A stretch of DNA of 64,000 nt, from positions 64,001 to 128,000 of the forward strand of contig CAWGVS010000003.1 in the NCBI GenBank assembly GCA_963826115.1, in the 5' to 3' direction. Positions 10,201 through 18,299 of this stretch are shown here, piece after piece. How positions within the stretch are numbered: the first letter of the stretch is position 1; each line of letters begins with the position of its first letter. This DNA is from an uncultured Candidatus Rokubacteria bacterium. Lineage in GTDB: Bacteria > Methylomirabilota > Methylomirabilia > Rokubacteriales > DASRDR01. The notes under the pieces are model-generated. The model ran no database searches and was not told where the DNA came from. It worked only from the letters and a program-made list of their open reading frames with translations. A program made the position numbers and the translations under genes.

Positions 10201-10485
10201 ACGACCGAGACGGGGCCGCGAGAGATCGCGATCGAGACCGCCCGCTGGGAGTCCGTGGGCGTCACCGCCTCGATCCGGGACACGGGAATCGGCGCCAAGG
10301 AGGGGGACCTCGAGCGGATCTTCGAGCACTTCGTCACCAGCAAGCCGGACGGGCTCGGAATGGGCCTGGCGATCAGCCGCTCGATCGTCGAGGCGCACGG
10401 CGGCCGCGTCTGGGCGACCATCAACGAGGAGCGGGGCCTCACCCTCCACCTCACGCTCCCGGGCGAGCCGGAGCCCGCGGCATGA
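7282..10485 (+). CDS. Sensor histidine kinase (periplasmic ABC-SBP-like sensor, TM, GAF, 2x PAS, HisKA, HATPase)
   Basis: GTG 7282 after GGAGG. H-box GELAASLAHEINQPL, N-box QVLLNLLVNAREA, G-boxes DTGIG and GLGMGLAISRSIVEAHGG. PAS motif ESEERFRRMADSAPVMVW. Confidence 0.93.
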   Translation: MDRVRDPTFWRRRRGLLAGGLALLAATTLAPALATASGDVERDRRGPPRNILLLHAYPRLSPPVITLDEAFRATLGAESPFPVYFYTEYLDLTLFDGDAPPGELATLLRRKYASRAIDLIVAAGSRALRVALHNRADLFSGAPVVFVGVDRAMVADLRLGVDVTGTWLRQDWLDTLELAQQLQPDIRRAVVVAGSAPSDLTWVTAAQQQLAAGRTDVAVSYLTGRTLQEVVSQVATLPRDTVVLAGAFLRDATGQDFNTRDAIARIAAGASVPVYVVQDHAVGTGSVGGSVVSYEAHGRRAAQLALRVLSGERPEPEDADTTVPMFDTRALQRWGLDEHRLPSDRILLFQEPSAWERHRWVIVGAVVLLLLQSALIVALLVHRALRRRVRHALAERLRFETLLSDLSAMFATGPVSDVDRQIETGLRRLVEDLGVDRATVGALAPASDQVRVTHSWTRASVAPLREMIRGRTAPWIVSRLRQGHVVRFARLDDLPDEAAVDRQSLAQFGTGSAIVVPLLAGDSAVSSLAVATLREGRRWPDELVPRLRLLGAVFAGALARQRADQAVRESEERFRRMADSAPVMVWLSGPDGRRTYVNQRWLDFTGGPLDRELGESWMTRVHADDRPDLARVLRTALSEERAFTVEYRLRRRDGAHRWVLDHGVPRHGDDGAPVGFVGSAVDVTQLRAAQQALLETDLLRSAIFGALHGHVAALDKHGRIIAVNQAWGRFALENGGNPVRVSIGVSYLDVCRDAAARGDRHSGQILDALRMVLAGGTPLQVEYACQTPDGERWFEMTAEPLRRPEGGALVTHIDITRRRQAEEQSERQREELAHVLRTTTLGELAASLAHEINQPLAAIVANAQATRRLLDTGRASRPGVVDALTDIVDDAKRASQVIRRLRALFRKEQGARQAVDVNELVQDVVGLLRHDMERQRIVVQCALDRELPRVPGDPVQLQQVLLNLLVNAREAMATTETGPREIAIETARWESVGVTASIRDTGIGAKEGDLERIFEHFVTSKPDGLGMGLAISRSIVEAHGGRVWATINEERGLTLHLTLPGEPEPAA

Positions 10486-11135
10486 CGACCGACGGCGTGG
10501 TCTACGTGGTCGACGACGACGCGTCGGTGCGCCGCGCGCTGGCGCGCCTGATCGCGGCGGCCGGCTTCGAGGTCGAGACGTTCCCGTCGGCGCGGGCGTT
10601 CCTGCACCACCCGCGCGGGGACCGCCCGGCGTGCCTCGTCCTCGACGTCCGCCTGCCGGGCGAGGACGGGCTCGAGCTCCAAGCCGCGCTGGGCGACGGC
10701 CAGCGGTTCCTCCCCGTCATCTTCGTCACGGGTCACGGCACGGTGCCGCTGGGCGTCCGCGCGATGAAGGAAGGCGCCGTCGACTTCCTCCAGAAGCCGG
10801 TCGACGAGGCGGAGCTGATGGGAGGCATCCAGAGGGCGCTCGAGGGCAGCCGCCGGGCGCGGGCCGACCTGGTCGAGAAGGTGGACCTCGAGAGCCGGCT
10901 GGACGCTCTGACCGTCCGCGAGCGCGAGGTGCTTGACCTGGTGGCCATCGGGCTCCTCAACAGGCAGATCGGCGACCGCCTGGGGATGGCCGAGAAGACG
11001 GTCAAGGTTCACCGGGGGCGCGTCATGCAGAAGATGGCGGCCGCATCGGTGGCCGAGCTGGTCCGGATGCTGCACAAGCTCGGCCGCGAGGCGGCCCCTC
11101 CGGAGGACCTCGGGCGTAGGACCAAAGGCCTATAG
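10482..11135 (+). CDS. FixJ/NodW/TodT-type response regulator (REC + LuxR HTH)
   Basis: VYVVDDDASVR, CLVLDVRLPG, FVTGHG, DFLQKP, LTVREREVL and KTVKVHRGRVMQKM. ATGA overlap with the kinase. Confidence 0.93.
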   Translation: MTTDGVVYVVDDDASVRRALARLIAAAGFEVETFPSARAFLHHPRGDRPACLVLDVRLPGEDGLELQAALGDGQRFLPVIFVTGHGTVPLGVRAMKEGAVDFLQKPVDEAELMGGIQRALEGSRRARADLVEKVDLESRLDALTVREREVLDLVAIGLLNRQIGDRLGMAEKTVKVHRGRVMQKMAAASVAELVRMLHKLGREAAPPEDLGRRTKGL

Positions 11136-11160
11136 CGGAGGACGGTCGGAGGCGCGCAGA

Positions 11161-11574
11161 GTGAGCGACGTGATGGTGAGCGGGGACGCGACCCTCCGCC
11201 CCCTCCTGCGGGCGCCGATGGTCTGCGTGGTCGACGACGACGCCTCCCTCCTGCGCGCGCTCCGGCGCCTCCTGAGCGCCACGGGCTTCCGTGTGGAGAC
11301 CTTCGGCTCGGCAGAGGCGTTCCTGGAATCGGACCACCGTGGCCGGGCGGACTGTCTCGTCCTGGACGTCCACCTCCGCGGCCAGAGCGGCCTCGATCTG
11401 CAGGAGCGCCTCGCCGCCGCCGGCGTCCGCACGCCGGTCGTCATCATCACCGCTCACGACGACCCGCCGACGCGCCAGCGCGCCCGGCGGCTCGGCGCGG
11501 TCGAGTACCTTCGCAAGCCGTTCGACGACGACTTTCTGATCGACGCCATCCACAAGGCGATCGGCCATTCCTGA
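11161..11574 (+). CDS. Single-domain response regulator (receiver only)
   Basis: VCVVDDD, LVLDVHL, ITAHDD and YLRKPF. GGAGG lies upstream of GTG 11161. Confidence 0.88.
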   Translation: MSDVMVSGDATLRPLLRAPMVCVVDDDASLLRALRRLLSATGFRVETFGSAEAFLESDHRGRADCLVLDVHLRGQSGLDLQERLAAAGVRTPVVIITAHDDPPTRQRARRLGAVEYLRKPFDDDFLIDAIHKAIGHS

Positions 11575-11581
11575 GGCGCGC

Positions 11582-12004
11582 GTGGCGACGCGGATTCCGG
11601 GCGCTCGCCGGCGCGCTCGCGGCGGCCGGCGATGGGCGGCGGTCGCGGCCCTCCTCCTCGCCGGGTGCAGCTTCGTGTCGACGCGCGCCCAGCCGTACAT
11701 CGGCGGCCCGGCGTACCCGCCGAGCGATCCGGCGAAGGTCGTCATCCTCCGCGGCGAGCCGGGGCGTCCGCACGAGCGTCTGGGGGAGGTGTTCGCCGAG
11801 CCCTCGGGCGACCCGACGGTCCAGCAGTACGAGCAGGCCCTCCGCGAGGGAGGCGCCAAGATGGGCGCCGACGCCGTCGTGGTGGTCTACGACCGCATGC
11901 AGGTCGTCGGGACGATGGTGACCGGGCCGTGGTGGGCCCCGGCGGCGTCGCCCATCGTCGGCCGCGTCGTGGTCGGTCTCGCGATCCGCTACGCGGGCCC
12001 CTGA
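11582..12004 (+). CDS. Hypothetical lipoprotein
   Basis: LLLAGC lipobox. The segment LREGGAKMGADAVVV resembles YbjQ-like lipoproteins. Confidence 0.7.
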   Translation: MATRIPGARRRARGGRRWAAVAALLLAGCSFVSTRAQPYIGGPAYPPSDPAKVVILRGEPGRPHERLGEVFAEPSGDPTVQQYEQALREGGAKMGADAVVVVYDRMQVVGTMVTGPWWAPAASPIVGRVVVGLAIRYAGP

Positions 12005-12100
12005 GCTCCGGGCGTCGGCGCGCTCGCAGGGGGGGCCCCTGTCGTCGTGAGATGATCGGAGCGGCCCAGCGCGATCCGCCACTTCCCCGGGCCCGATGCG

Positions 12101-14599
12101 ATGACCAGTCTGCCGGACCAGTCCAGCCTGGAGGACGCGCTCACCCGCATCCCCCTCTTCGCCGAGGTCGACCGGGTGACGTTGGCCCAGCTCGCCGCCC
12201 ATCTCGACCCGCTCGACCTGTCGGAGGGCGACGTCGTGTGCCGCCAGGGCGAGCCGGGCGACTGCCTGTTCATCCTGACCGCGGGGCGGCTCGGCGTCCA
12301 CGTCCACGACCCGGATGACGGCGCGTCCCGGCGGATCGACGGCCTCGGTCCCGGGGACTTCTTCGGCGAGATGGCCCTCCTGACCGGCGAGCCGCGCTCG
12401 GCCACCGTCCGCGCCGACGTCCCGAGCCGCGTCCTCCGGCTCGACCGGGAGCGCTTCGAGTCGCTGGTGCGCGCCGAGCCGTCGAGCTTCCTCGCGATCG
12501 CGCGCGTCCTGAGCCGTCGCCTGGCCACCGCGAACCGGATGCGGCTCGCCGAGGAGCGCGCGCTGGCGGCCGGTGTCGAGGCCGCCCTCGAGCGCCTGCC
12601 GCCCGAGCGCTGCCAAGCGGTGCTGGAGGCGAGCCTTCTCGAAGAGCCCGTCGGTCTGGAGGCGCTCTTCGGCGACCGCGCCCCGGCGATCGCCGCCGAT
12701 CTCGAGGTCCTGGGCGTCCGGCGCGGCGGCAGCACCGTCGTGCGCGACGTCCTGCGGGAGCGGCTCCGCCGTGACGAGCGGCCGGCGCGCGTGCGCGAGC
12801 GCGCGGACTCGCTCGCCGAGCGGCTCGCCGCCGCGGCCGAATGGGACGCCGCGCTCGGGGTCCTGGCCGCCCACGCGGACGCCGGGGCGGTCGTCGGCAT
12901 GCTGGGGCGCGCGCTCCGCGCGGTGCCGCCCCTTCCGCCCGATCGCGTCCGGCGCTGGATCGAGCGCCTCGAGGACGACGCGGTCGTGAGCGATCCGGAC
13001 GCCGCGCTCGCGCGCGCGGCGTTCCACCGCGACCGGGCGGATCCCGTCCGCGCCCTCGTCGTGCTGCGCCGCGCGCTGGGCGGGGCGCTCCAGGCGACGG
13101 CCAGGGACGACGGCTCGCGGGTCGCGGCCGAGATCTCCCGGCTCGCGCTCGCGGCGGGGGAGCATCCGGTCTCCCGCGCGGAGCTTCGCCCTCGCGTGAC
13201 CGGCGAGGCGGCGATCCCGCACCGCGCGGGATGGCCGAGCCGGGTCTGCCTGGCCGCGGGCGTCGCGTGTGCGGGCGCCGCCGCGTGGCCGGGAGCGACG
13301 CCGCAGTGGGCGTTCGTCGCGCTGCTTCTCGCCGCGATCGCGACGATGCTGAGCCGGAGCCTGCCCGACTTCGTGGTGGGCCTGGGCCTCGTCGCGGGCT
13401 GGATCCTGCTCGGTGTCGCCCGGCCCGCCGAGGCGCTGGCGGGATTCGCCTCGAAGGAGTGGCTGTTCGTCGTCGCGGTCTACGGCCTGGCCGCGGCCAC
13501 CGCCCGCTCCGGCCTCCTCTACCGCATCGGGCTCCTGCTCGTCCGGCGCGTGCCGCAGGGCACCCGGCAGCAGGCGCTGACCCTGCTCCTCAGCGGGCTC
13601 GCCCTCACGCCGCTCATCCCCTCGGCCACGGGGCGCGCGTCGCTCGTCCTGCCCCTGGCCCGGGCGCTGGCCGAGGCGCTCCGGATCCCGGAGCGGTCGG
13701 GCGCCGCGGCCGTGCTGGGACTGGCGGCCTGGACCGGCGCCGGCCCGCTCATGTTCGTCGCGCTGAGCGGATCGGGGACGTGCCTCCTCGCGTGGGGGCT
13801 TCTGCCGGAGGCGAGCCGGGTCCGGATGGGCTGGATCCAGTGGCTCGTCGCGGCCCTGCCGCTCGGGGCGTTCCTCGCCGCCGGCGCGCTCGGCCTGCTG
13901 TTCGTCCTGCTCCGCCCCGGCCCCGTTGCCGCGCCGCCCCGGGAGCGCATCGGGCTCCAGGTCGCGCTCCTCGGTCCACCCTCCCGCCGCGAGGTCGCCA
14001 TGGCGCTGATCCTCGCGCTCACGGTGGCCGGCTGGATCCTGGCCCCGTGGCTCCACCTCGACCTCGCCTCGGTGGCGCTGCTCGGCCTCCTCGGCGCCGC
14101 GGCGGTCGGCAGCTTCGACACGCCGGCCCTCCAGGCGCTCGACTGGGGCATGCTCCTGTTCTTCGGCGCCGTGCTCGGGCTTGGCCGGCTCGCCGCCGCC
14201 CTCGGCCTCGACGCGGAGGCCGGGGCGATCATCCAGCGCGCGCTGGGCGACAGCCGGCCCGGCCCCCTCGGCCTGGTGCTTGCCGTCGCGCTGGTGAGCT
14301 TCGTCGTCCGCCTCGCGCTCGAGCAGGACCTCACGGTCCTCCTGGTGAGCCTGACCCTGATCCCCGTCGCCACCGCCGCCGGCGTCGAGCCCTGGGCCGT
14401 GACGATCGCGCTCCTGGCGACCTCGGTGGTCTGGTTCCTGCCCTTCCAGACGTCGAGCTACATGGTCGCGCGGTCCGCCTCCGAGGACCGCCTCTTCTCC
14501 CACGAGCAGGCCCGGCGCTTCGCGCTCGCCTACGCGGCGCTCACCCTCGTGGGCCTCTCGCTCGCCGTGCCATACTGGAAGCTGCTCGGAATCCTGTAG
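12101..14599 (+). CDS. cNMP-binding domain protein fused to an SLC13/DASS anion permease
   Basis: N-terminal RQGEPGDCLFIL...GDFFGEMALLTGEPRSATV (cNMP fold). Multi-TM C-terminus with IPSATGRA, LDWGMLLFFG and WFLPFQTSSY. Confidence 0.88.
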   Translation: MTSLPDQSSLEDALTRIPLFAEVDRVTLAQLAAHLDPLDLSEGDVVCRQGEPGDCLFILTAGRLGVHVHDPDDGASRRIDGLGPGDFFGEMALLTGEPRSATVRADVPSRVLRLDRERFESLVRAEPSSFLAIARVLSRRLATANRMRLAEERALAAGVEAALERLPPERCQAVLEASLLEEPVGLEALFGDRAPAIAADLEVLGVRRGGSTVVRDVLRERLRRDERPARVRERADSLAERLAAAAEWDAALGVLAAHADAGAVVGMLGRALRAVPPLPPDRVRRWIERLEDDAVVSDPDAALARAAFHRDRADPVRALVVLRRALGGALQATARDDGSRVAAEISRLALAAGEHPVSRAELRPRVTGEAAIPHRAGWPSRVCLAAGVACAGAAAWPGATPQWAFVALLLAAIATMLSRSLPDFVVGLGLVAGWILLGVARPAEALAGFASKEWLFVVAVYGLAAATARSGLLYRIGLLLVRRVPQGTRQQALTLLLSGLALTPLIPSATGRASLVLPLARALAEALRIPERSGAAAVLGLAAWTGAGPLMFVALSGSGTCLLAWGLLPEASRVRMGWIQWLVAALPLGAFLAAGALGLLFVLLRPGPVAAPPRERIGLQVALLGPPSRREVAMALILALTVAGWILAPWLHLDLASVALLGLLGAAAVGSFDTPALQALDWGMLLFFGAVLGLGRLAAALGLDAEAGAIIQRALGDSRPGPLGLVLAVALVSFVVRLALEQDLTVLLVSLTLIPVATAAGVEPWAVTIALLATSVVWFLPFQTSSYMVARSASEDRLFSHEQARRFALAYAALTLVGLSLAVPYWKLLGIL

Positions 14600-14628
14600 C
14601 TCGCCTTCCGGCGGAGTCGGAGATCACA

Positions 14629-15939
14629 ATGCTCGAGGAGCGTGGCCGGCACCGGCGCCTCTGCGGCTCGGCTCGGCGCTGGCTGCCGGTCGTCATCGCG
14701 GCCGCCCTGACGACTGTCGGCGCGGGCGTCGCGCCGGCGGCCGCGGAGAAGGCACGGCCGGCCGACGACGCGGCGGAGATGGTCGGCGTCAACACCCACC
14801 TCGTCTACGCAGGAACGGTCTACGACACCGGGTTCGAGAGCATCGTCAAGCCCCGCCTGATCGAGCTAGGCGTCCGTTACATCCGCGACTGGGTGACGAC
14901 CGAGCCGCGATACGTCGAGCGGTACCAGGACCTCGCGGGCTACGGGATCCGCGCGCTCCTCATCAACTGGGATCCCGGCGCCTCCGCCCGGGACGCGGTC
15001 AAGGCGCTGAACGACCACCCCGTGCGTCCGGTCGCGATGGTCGAGCCCGCCAACGAGCGCGACTGCGAGCGTCTCAACGACTGGGCCGCCTGGCTGCGCG
15101 ACTTCCAGAAGTCGATGTGGCAGAGCTACAAGAGCGACCCCGCCACCGCCGACATCCCCGTCCTCGGCCCCTCCCTGTGCAACACCCGGGACAGTCCCGC
15201 CGTGCTGGCCCGGGCGTTTCCCGACGCGTCCCAGTACATGGACCGGGGCAACCTCCACGACTACTCCGGCCGCGCGACCGAGGGACCGCGGGGCGGCGGT
15301 TGGGGAATCGACCTCGACCGGGCGATCGACGAGTACCGGAAGCTCGCCGGGGCCAAGCCGCTCGTCTCGACGGAGACCGGGTACAAGATGTCCGGCCCGG
15401 TTCGGAACCACCCCGTCGTGTCCGAGCGCGCGGCGGCGAAGTACATGCCCCGCCTGTTCCTCGCGCATCTGCTGAAGGGGTTCACCCACGTCTTTCTCTA
15501 CCAGCTCATCAACGACACGGAGGACTTCGGGCTCCTGAACCCCGACGGGTCCCCGCGGCTCCAGTTCCACGCCGTCCGCAACTTCATCGCTCTCTTCCGG
15601 GATCCGGGTCCCCCCTTCGAGACGGGCACGCTCGACTACACGCTGGAGGGCAACACCTCGGACGTCTGGAAGATCCTTCTGCAAAGGAGGGACGGCACCT
15701 TCTACCTCGTCCTTTGGCAGGGTGTGAGCAGCCACAACGCGTGGCTCGACTCGGACATCGAGCCCCGGCCGCGGTCCCTGACGCTCCGGCTACAGACGCC
15801 GATCGCATCGGCCCGGACGTACCTGCCGAGCTTCAACGGGACGGCACCGACGTCGCGGCACGATCACCCCGTCTCTATCAAGCTGAGCGTTCCCGACCAC
15901 GTGCTGGTGGTCGAGCTCGTGCCAGCCCGGGATCGGTGA
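14629..15939 (+). CDS. Secreted glycoside hydrolase-like protein (clan GH-A TIM barrel)
   Basis: ATG 14629 with a signal peptide. GVNTHL, acid/base-like EPANE, NLHDY and nucleophile-like STETGY. Confidence 0.72.
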   Translation: MLEERGRHRRLCGSARRWLPVVIAAALTTVGAGVAPAAAEKARPADDAAEMVGVNTHLVYAGTVYDTGFESIVKPRLIELGVRYIRDWVTTEPRYVERYQDLAGYGIRALLINWDPGASARDAVKALNDHPVRPVAMVEPANERDCERLNDWAAWLRDFQKSMWQSYKSDPATADIPVLGPSLCNTRDSPAVLARAFPDASQYMDRGNLHDYSGRATEGPRGGGWGIDLDRAIDEYRKLAGAKPLVSTETGYKMSGPVRNHPVVSERAAAKYMPRLFLAHLLKGFTHVFLYQLINDTEDFGLLNPDGSPRLQFHAVRNFIALFRDPGPPFETGTLDYTLEGNTSDVWKILLQRRDGTFYLVLWQGVSSHNAWLDSDIEPRPRSLTLRLQTPIASARTYLPSFNGTAPTSRHDHPVSIKLSVPDHVLVVELVPARDR

Positions 15940-15955
15940 TTGTCAGGCCGTCGCC

Positions 15956-15984
15956 TTGACAGCGGGAACCCCCTTCCCTAGTAT
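15956..15984 (+). promoter_or_regulatory. Sigma70-type promoter of the C1 (fae) operon
   Basis: TTGACA (15956-15961), a 17-nt spacer, then TAGTAT (15979-15984). Confidence 0.75.
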
Positions 15985-16015
15985 TGGCGCCACTCGACCG
16001 TACTGGTGCCACTCG
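15985..16015. repeat. 12-bp direct repeat at the predicted transcription start (candidate operator)
   Basis: TGGCGCCACTCG (15985-15996) and TGGTGCCACTCG (16004-16015), period 19 nt. A further CACTCG lies at 16055-16060. Confidence 0.55.
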
Positions 16016-16222
16016 GCTTGGCTTCATGCCTCGAGGATCGCGTATCCCGTGATTCACTCGTTCGCTCGCTGGTTCCCCCTCGGTCCATCGCGTCCGCCCG
16101 GCGCGGGCGCGCGGCGCTTCGGAGTCGATCTCGAGGGAAGGGGGTGTAAGGGCAGTCGGCAAGCCGGACGGTCGTAGTCGGCATCGCACACACTGAGCAC
16201 GCTCCACTGACGGAGGGATCGT

Positions 16223-16723
16223 ATGGCTACGGACAACTTCATGGTGGGTGAGTCGCTGGTCGGCGACGGCAACGAGATCGCGCACATCGACCTGATCATC
16301 GGTTCGAAGAGCGGGCCCGCCGGGATCGCCTTCGTGCATCGGGTCGCCGACCAGACGGCGGGTCACAACGGGCTCCTCGCCGTGCTCGCGCCCAACGTGC
16401 CGGCCAAGCCGGACACGGTCATGTTCAACAAGGTCACGATCAAGGGCGCCGGCCAGGCCGTCCAGATGTTCGGGCCCGCCCAGGCCGCGGTGGCCAAGGC
16501 GGTCGTCGACAGCGTCGCCGACGGCACCATCCCGAAGGCGAGCGCCAACGACCTCTGCGTGATCGTCGGCGTGTTCATCCACTGGCAGGCGAAGGACAAC
16601 AAGAAGATCTACGACTTCAACTACCGGGCGACCAAGGAAGCGATCACGCGGGCGATGAAGCACCACCCGACCGTGGACGAAGTCCTCGCCCAGAAGGACA
16701 CCGCCAAGCACCCATTCGCGTAG
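16223..16723 (+). CDS. fae: Formaldehyde-activating enzyme
   Basis: VGESLVGDGNEIAHIDLIIGSKSG, KPDTVMFNKVTIKGAGQAVQMFGPAQAAVAKAVVDSVADG and GVFIHW are near-canonical Fae. RBS GGAGG present. Confidence 0.97.
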   Translation: MATDNFMVGESLVGDGNEIAHIDLIIGSKSGPAGIAFVHRVADQTAGHNGLLAVLAPNVPAKPDTVMFNKVTIKGAGQAVQMFGPAQAAVAKAVVDSVADGTIPKASANDLCVIVGVFIHWQAKDNKKIYDFNYRATKEAITRAMKHHPTVDEVLAQKDTAKHPFA

Positions 16724-16749
16724 GCGCGGCGAGTCGCCGCCGCGCGGTC

Positions 16750-16781
16750 GGAGCCCGCGGTCTCGCGCGGCCGCGGGCTCC
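16750..16781 (+). other. GC-rich stem-loop between fae and fhcD (mRNA stabiliser or partial terminator)
   Basis: GGAGCCCGCGG / CCGCGGGCTCC form a perfect 11-bp stem. No U-tract follows. Confidence 0.5.
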
Positions 16782-16815
16782 GGCCCCGCCCTCGCCACGG
16801 CACGCCTGACACGCC

Positions 16816-17715
16816 ATGCTGCGCATCAACGGGGTCGAGATCGAGGACACCTTCGCCGAGGCCTTCAAGATGCGCGCGGCCCGCGCGATCGTGACAGCCG
16901 AAACCGCCGCCTGGGCGCACACCGCAGCGGCGCTCGCGACCGGGTACGCCACCTCCGTCATCGGCTGCGACGCCGAGGCCGGCCTCGAGTCCGAGGTGCC
17001 CCCGCACGAGACGCCGGACGGCCGGCCCGGCGTGAGCCTCCTGGTCTTCGGGTTCAACACCGCCGCGCTCGGGAAGGCGCTGGTGAACCGCGTCGGGCAG
17101 TGCGTGATGACATGTCCCACGACCGCCTGCTTCAACGGGCTCCACCCCGGCGAGGAGACCGTGAAGGTCGGCGCGCTCCTCCGCTTCTTCGGTGACGGGC
17201 ACCAGGCGAGCAAGAAGCTCGACGGCCGCCGCTACTGGCGGGTGCCGGTGATGGACGGCGAGTTCCTCTGCGAGGACACGTTCGGCGTCCAGCGCGCCGT
17301 CGCGGGCGGCAACTTCCTGATCCTCGCCACCGATCAGGCCGCCGGGCTCGCCGCGGCCGAGGCCGCCGTTCGGACCATCCGCGCCGTGCCGGGCGTGATC
17401 CTCCCCTTCCCCGGCGGGATCGTCCGGAGCGGGAGCAAGGTTGGCTCGCGTTACAAGGCGCTGAAGGCGTCGACGAACGACGAGTACTGCCCCACCCTCC
17501 GCGGACTGGGCGCGAGCCGTCTCCCCGCCGAGGTCCACGCCGTCTACGAGATCGTCATCGACGGTCTCGACGTCGGGGCGGTCGAGGCCGCCATGCGCGC
17601 CGGCGTCCGGGCCGCATGCCAACCCGGGGTCGTGCAGATCACCGCCGGCAACTACGGGGGCAAGCTCGGCCAGTACCCGCTCCACCTCCACCGGATCCTC
17701 GAATCCGGGTCATGA
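16816..17715 (+). CDS. fhcD: Formylmethanofuran--tetrahydromethanopterin N-formyltransferase (Ftr/FhcD)
   Basis: INGVEIEDTFAEAF, ATSVIGCDAEAG, ETPDGRPG, RVGQCVMTCPTTACF, PFPGGIVRSGSKVGS and TAGNYGGKLG. Confidence 0.96.
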   Translation: MLRINGVEIEDTFAEAFKMRAARAIVTAETAAWAHTAAALATGYATSVIGCDAEAGLESEVPPHETPDGRPGVSLLVFGFNTAALGKALVNRVGQCVMTCPTTACFNGLHPGEETVKVGALLRFFGDGHQASKKLDGRRYWRVPVMDGEFLCEDTFGVQRAVAGGNFLILATDQAAGLAAAEAAVRTIRAVPGVILPFPGGIVRSGSKVGSRYKALKASTNDEYCPTLRGLGASRLPAEVHAVYEIVIDGLDVGAVEAAMRAGVRAACQPGVVQITAGNYGGKLGQYPLHLHRILESGS

Positions 17716-18284
17716 TCGTCGAGACGGTGGTGACGACGCTGGACGAGGACGGCCAGGTGAACTTCGCCGCGATGGGCGTCGTGTGGGGCGAGGAGCGTCT
17801 CGTGATCCGGCCCTACGTCGCGACCCGCACGTTCCGGAACCTCGTTCGCACGCGCGAGGCCGTCGTCAACGTCACCGACGACGTGCTGGTCTTCGCGAAG
17901 AGCGCTCTCGCGCGGGAGCGCTTCCCGAGCCGCCCCGCGACGCGGGTCCGCGGCGCGATCCTGGCGGACGCCTGCCACTGGCGCGAGGTCGCCGTCGAGC
18001 GCGTGTCGGCGCCCGATCCCCCGCCGCCGGCGGGCGGCCGGGCCGACGTGGAGACCCGCGTCGTGGCCGGCGCGGTCGGCCGGCCGTTCGCCGGCCTCTG
18101 TCGCGCCAAGCACGCGGTGGTGGAGGCGAGCATTCTCGCCTCGCGGGCGCGGCGCCTCCCGCGGGACGAGGTGCTCAGGGGCCTCGCCCGGCTCGATCCC
18201 CTGGTCGACAAGACCGGCGGGCCGGCGGAGCGCGAGGCCATGGCATACATCCGCGACCACGTCCGCCGCCTCGTGAGCGGCTGA
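17712..18284 (+). CDS. DUF447 family protein (FMN-binding split-barrel-like, H4MPT-cluster associated)
   Basis: MIVETVVTT...NFAAMGV...RPY...TFRNL...VNVTDDVLVFA...CRAKHAVVEASILASR...VDKTGG. ATGA coupling to fhcD. Confidence 0.85.
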   Translation: MIVETVVTTLDEDGQVNFAAMGVVWGEERLVIRPYVATRTFRNLVRTREAVVNVTDDVLVFAKSALARERFPSRPATRVRGAILADACHWREVAVERVSAPDPPPPAGGRADVETRVVAGAVGRPFAGLCRAKHAVVEASILASRARRLPRDEVLRGLARLDPLVDKTGGPAEREAMAYIRDHVRRLVSG

Positions 18285-18299
18285 CGGCGCCGACCCGGC

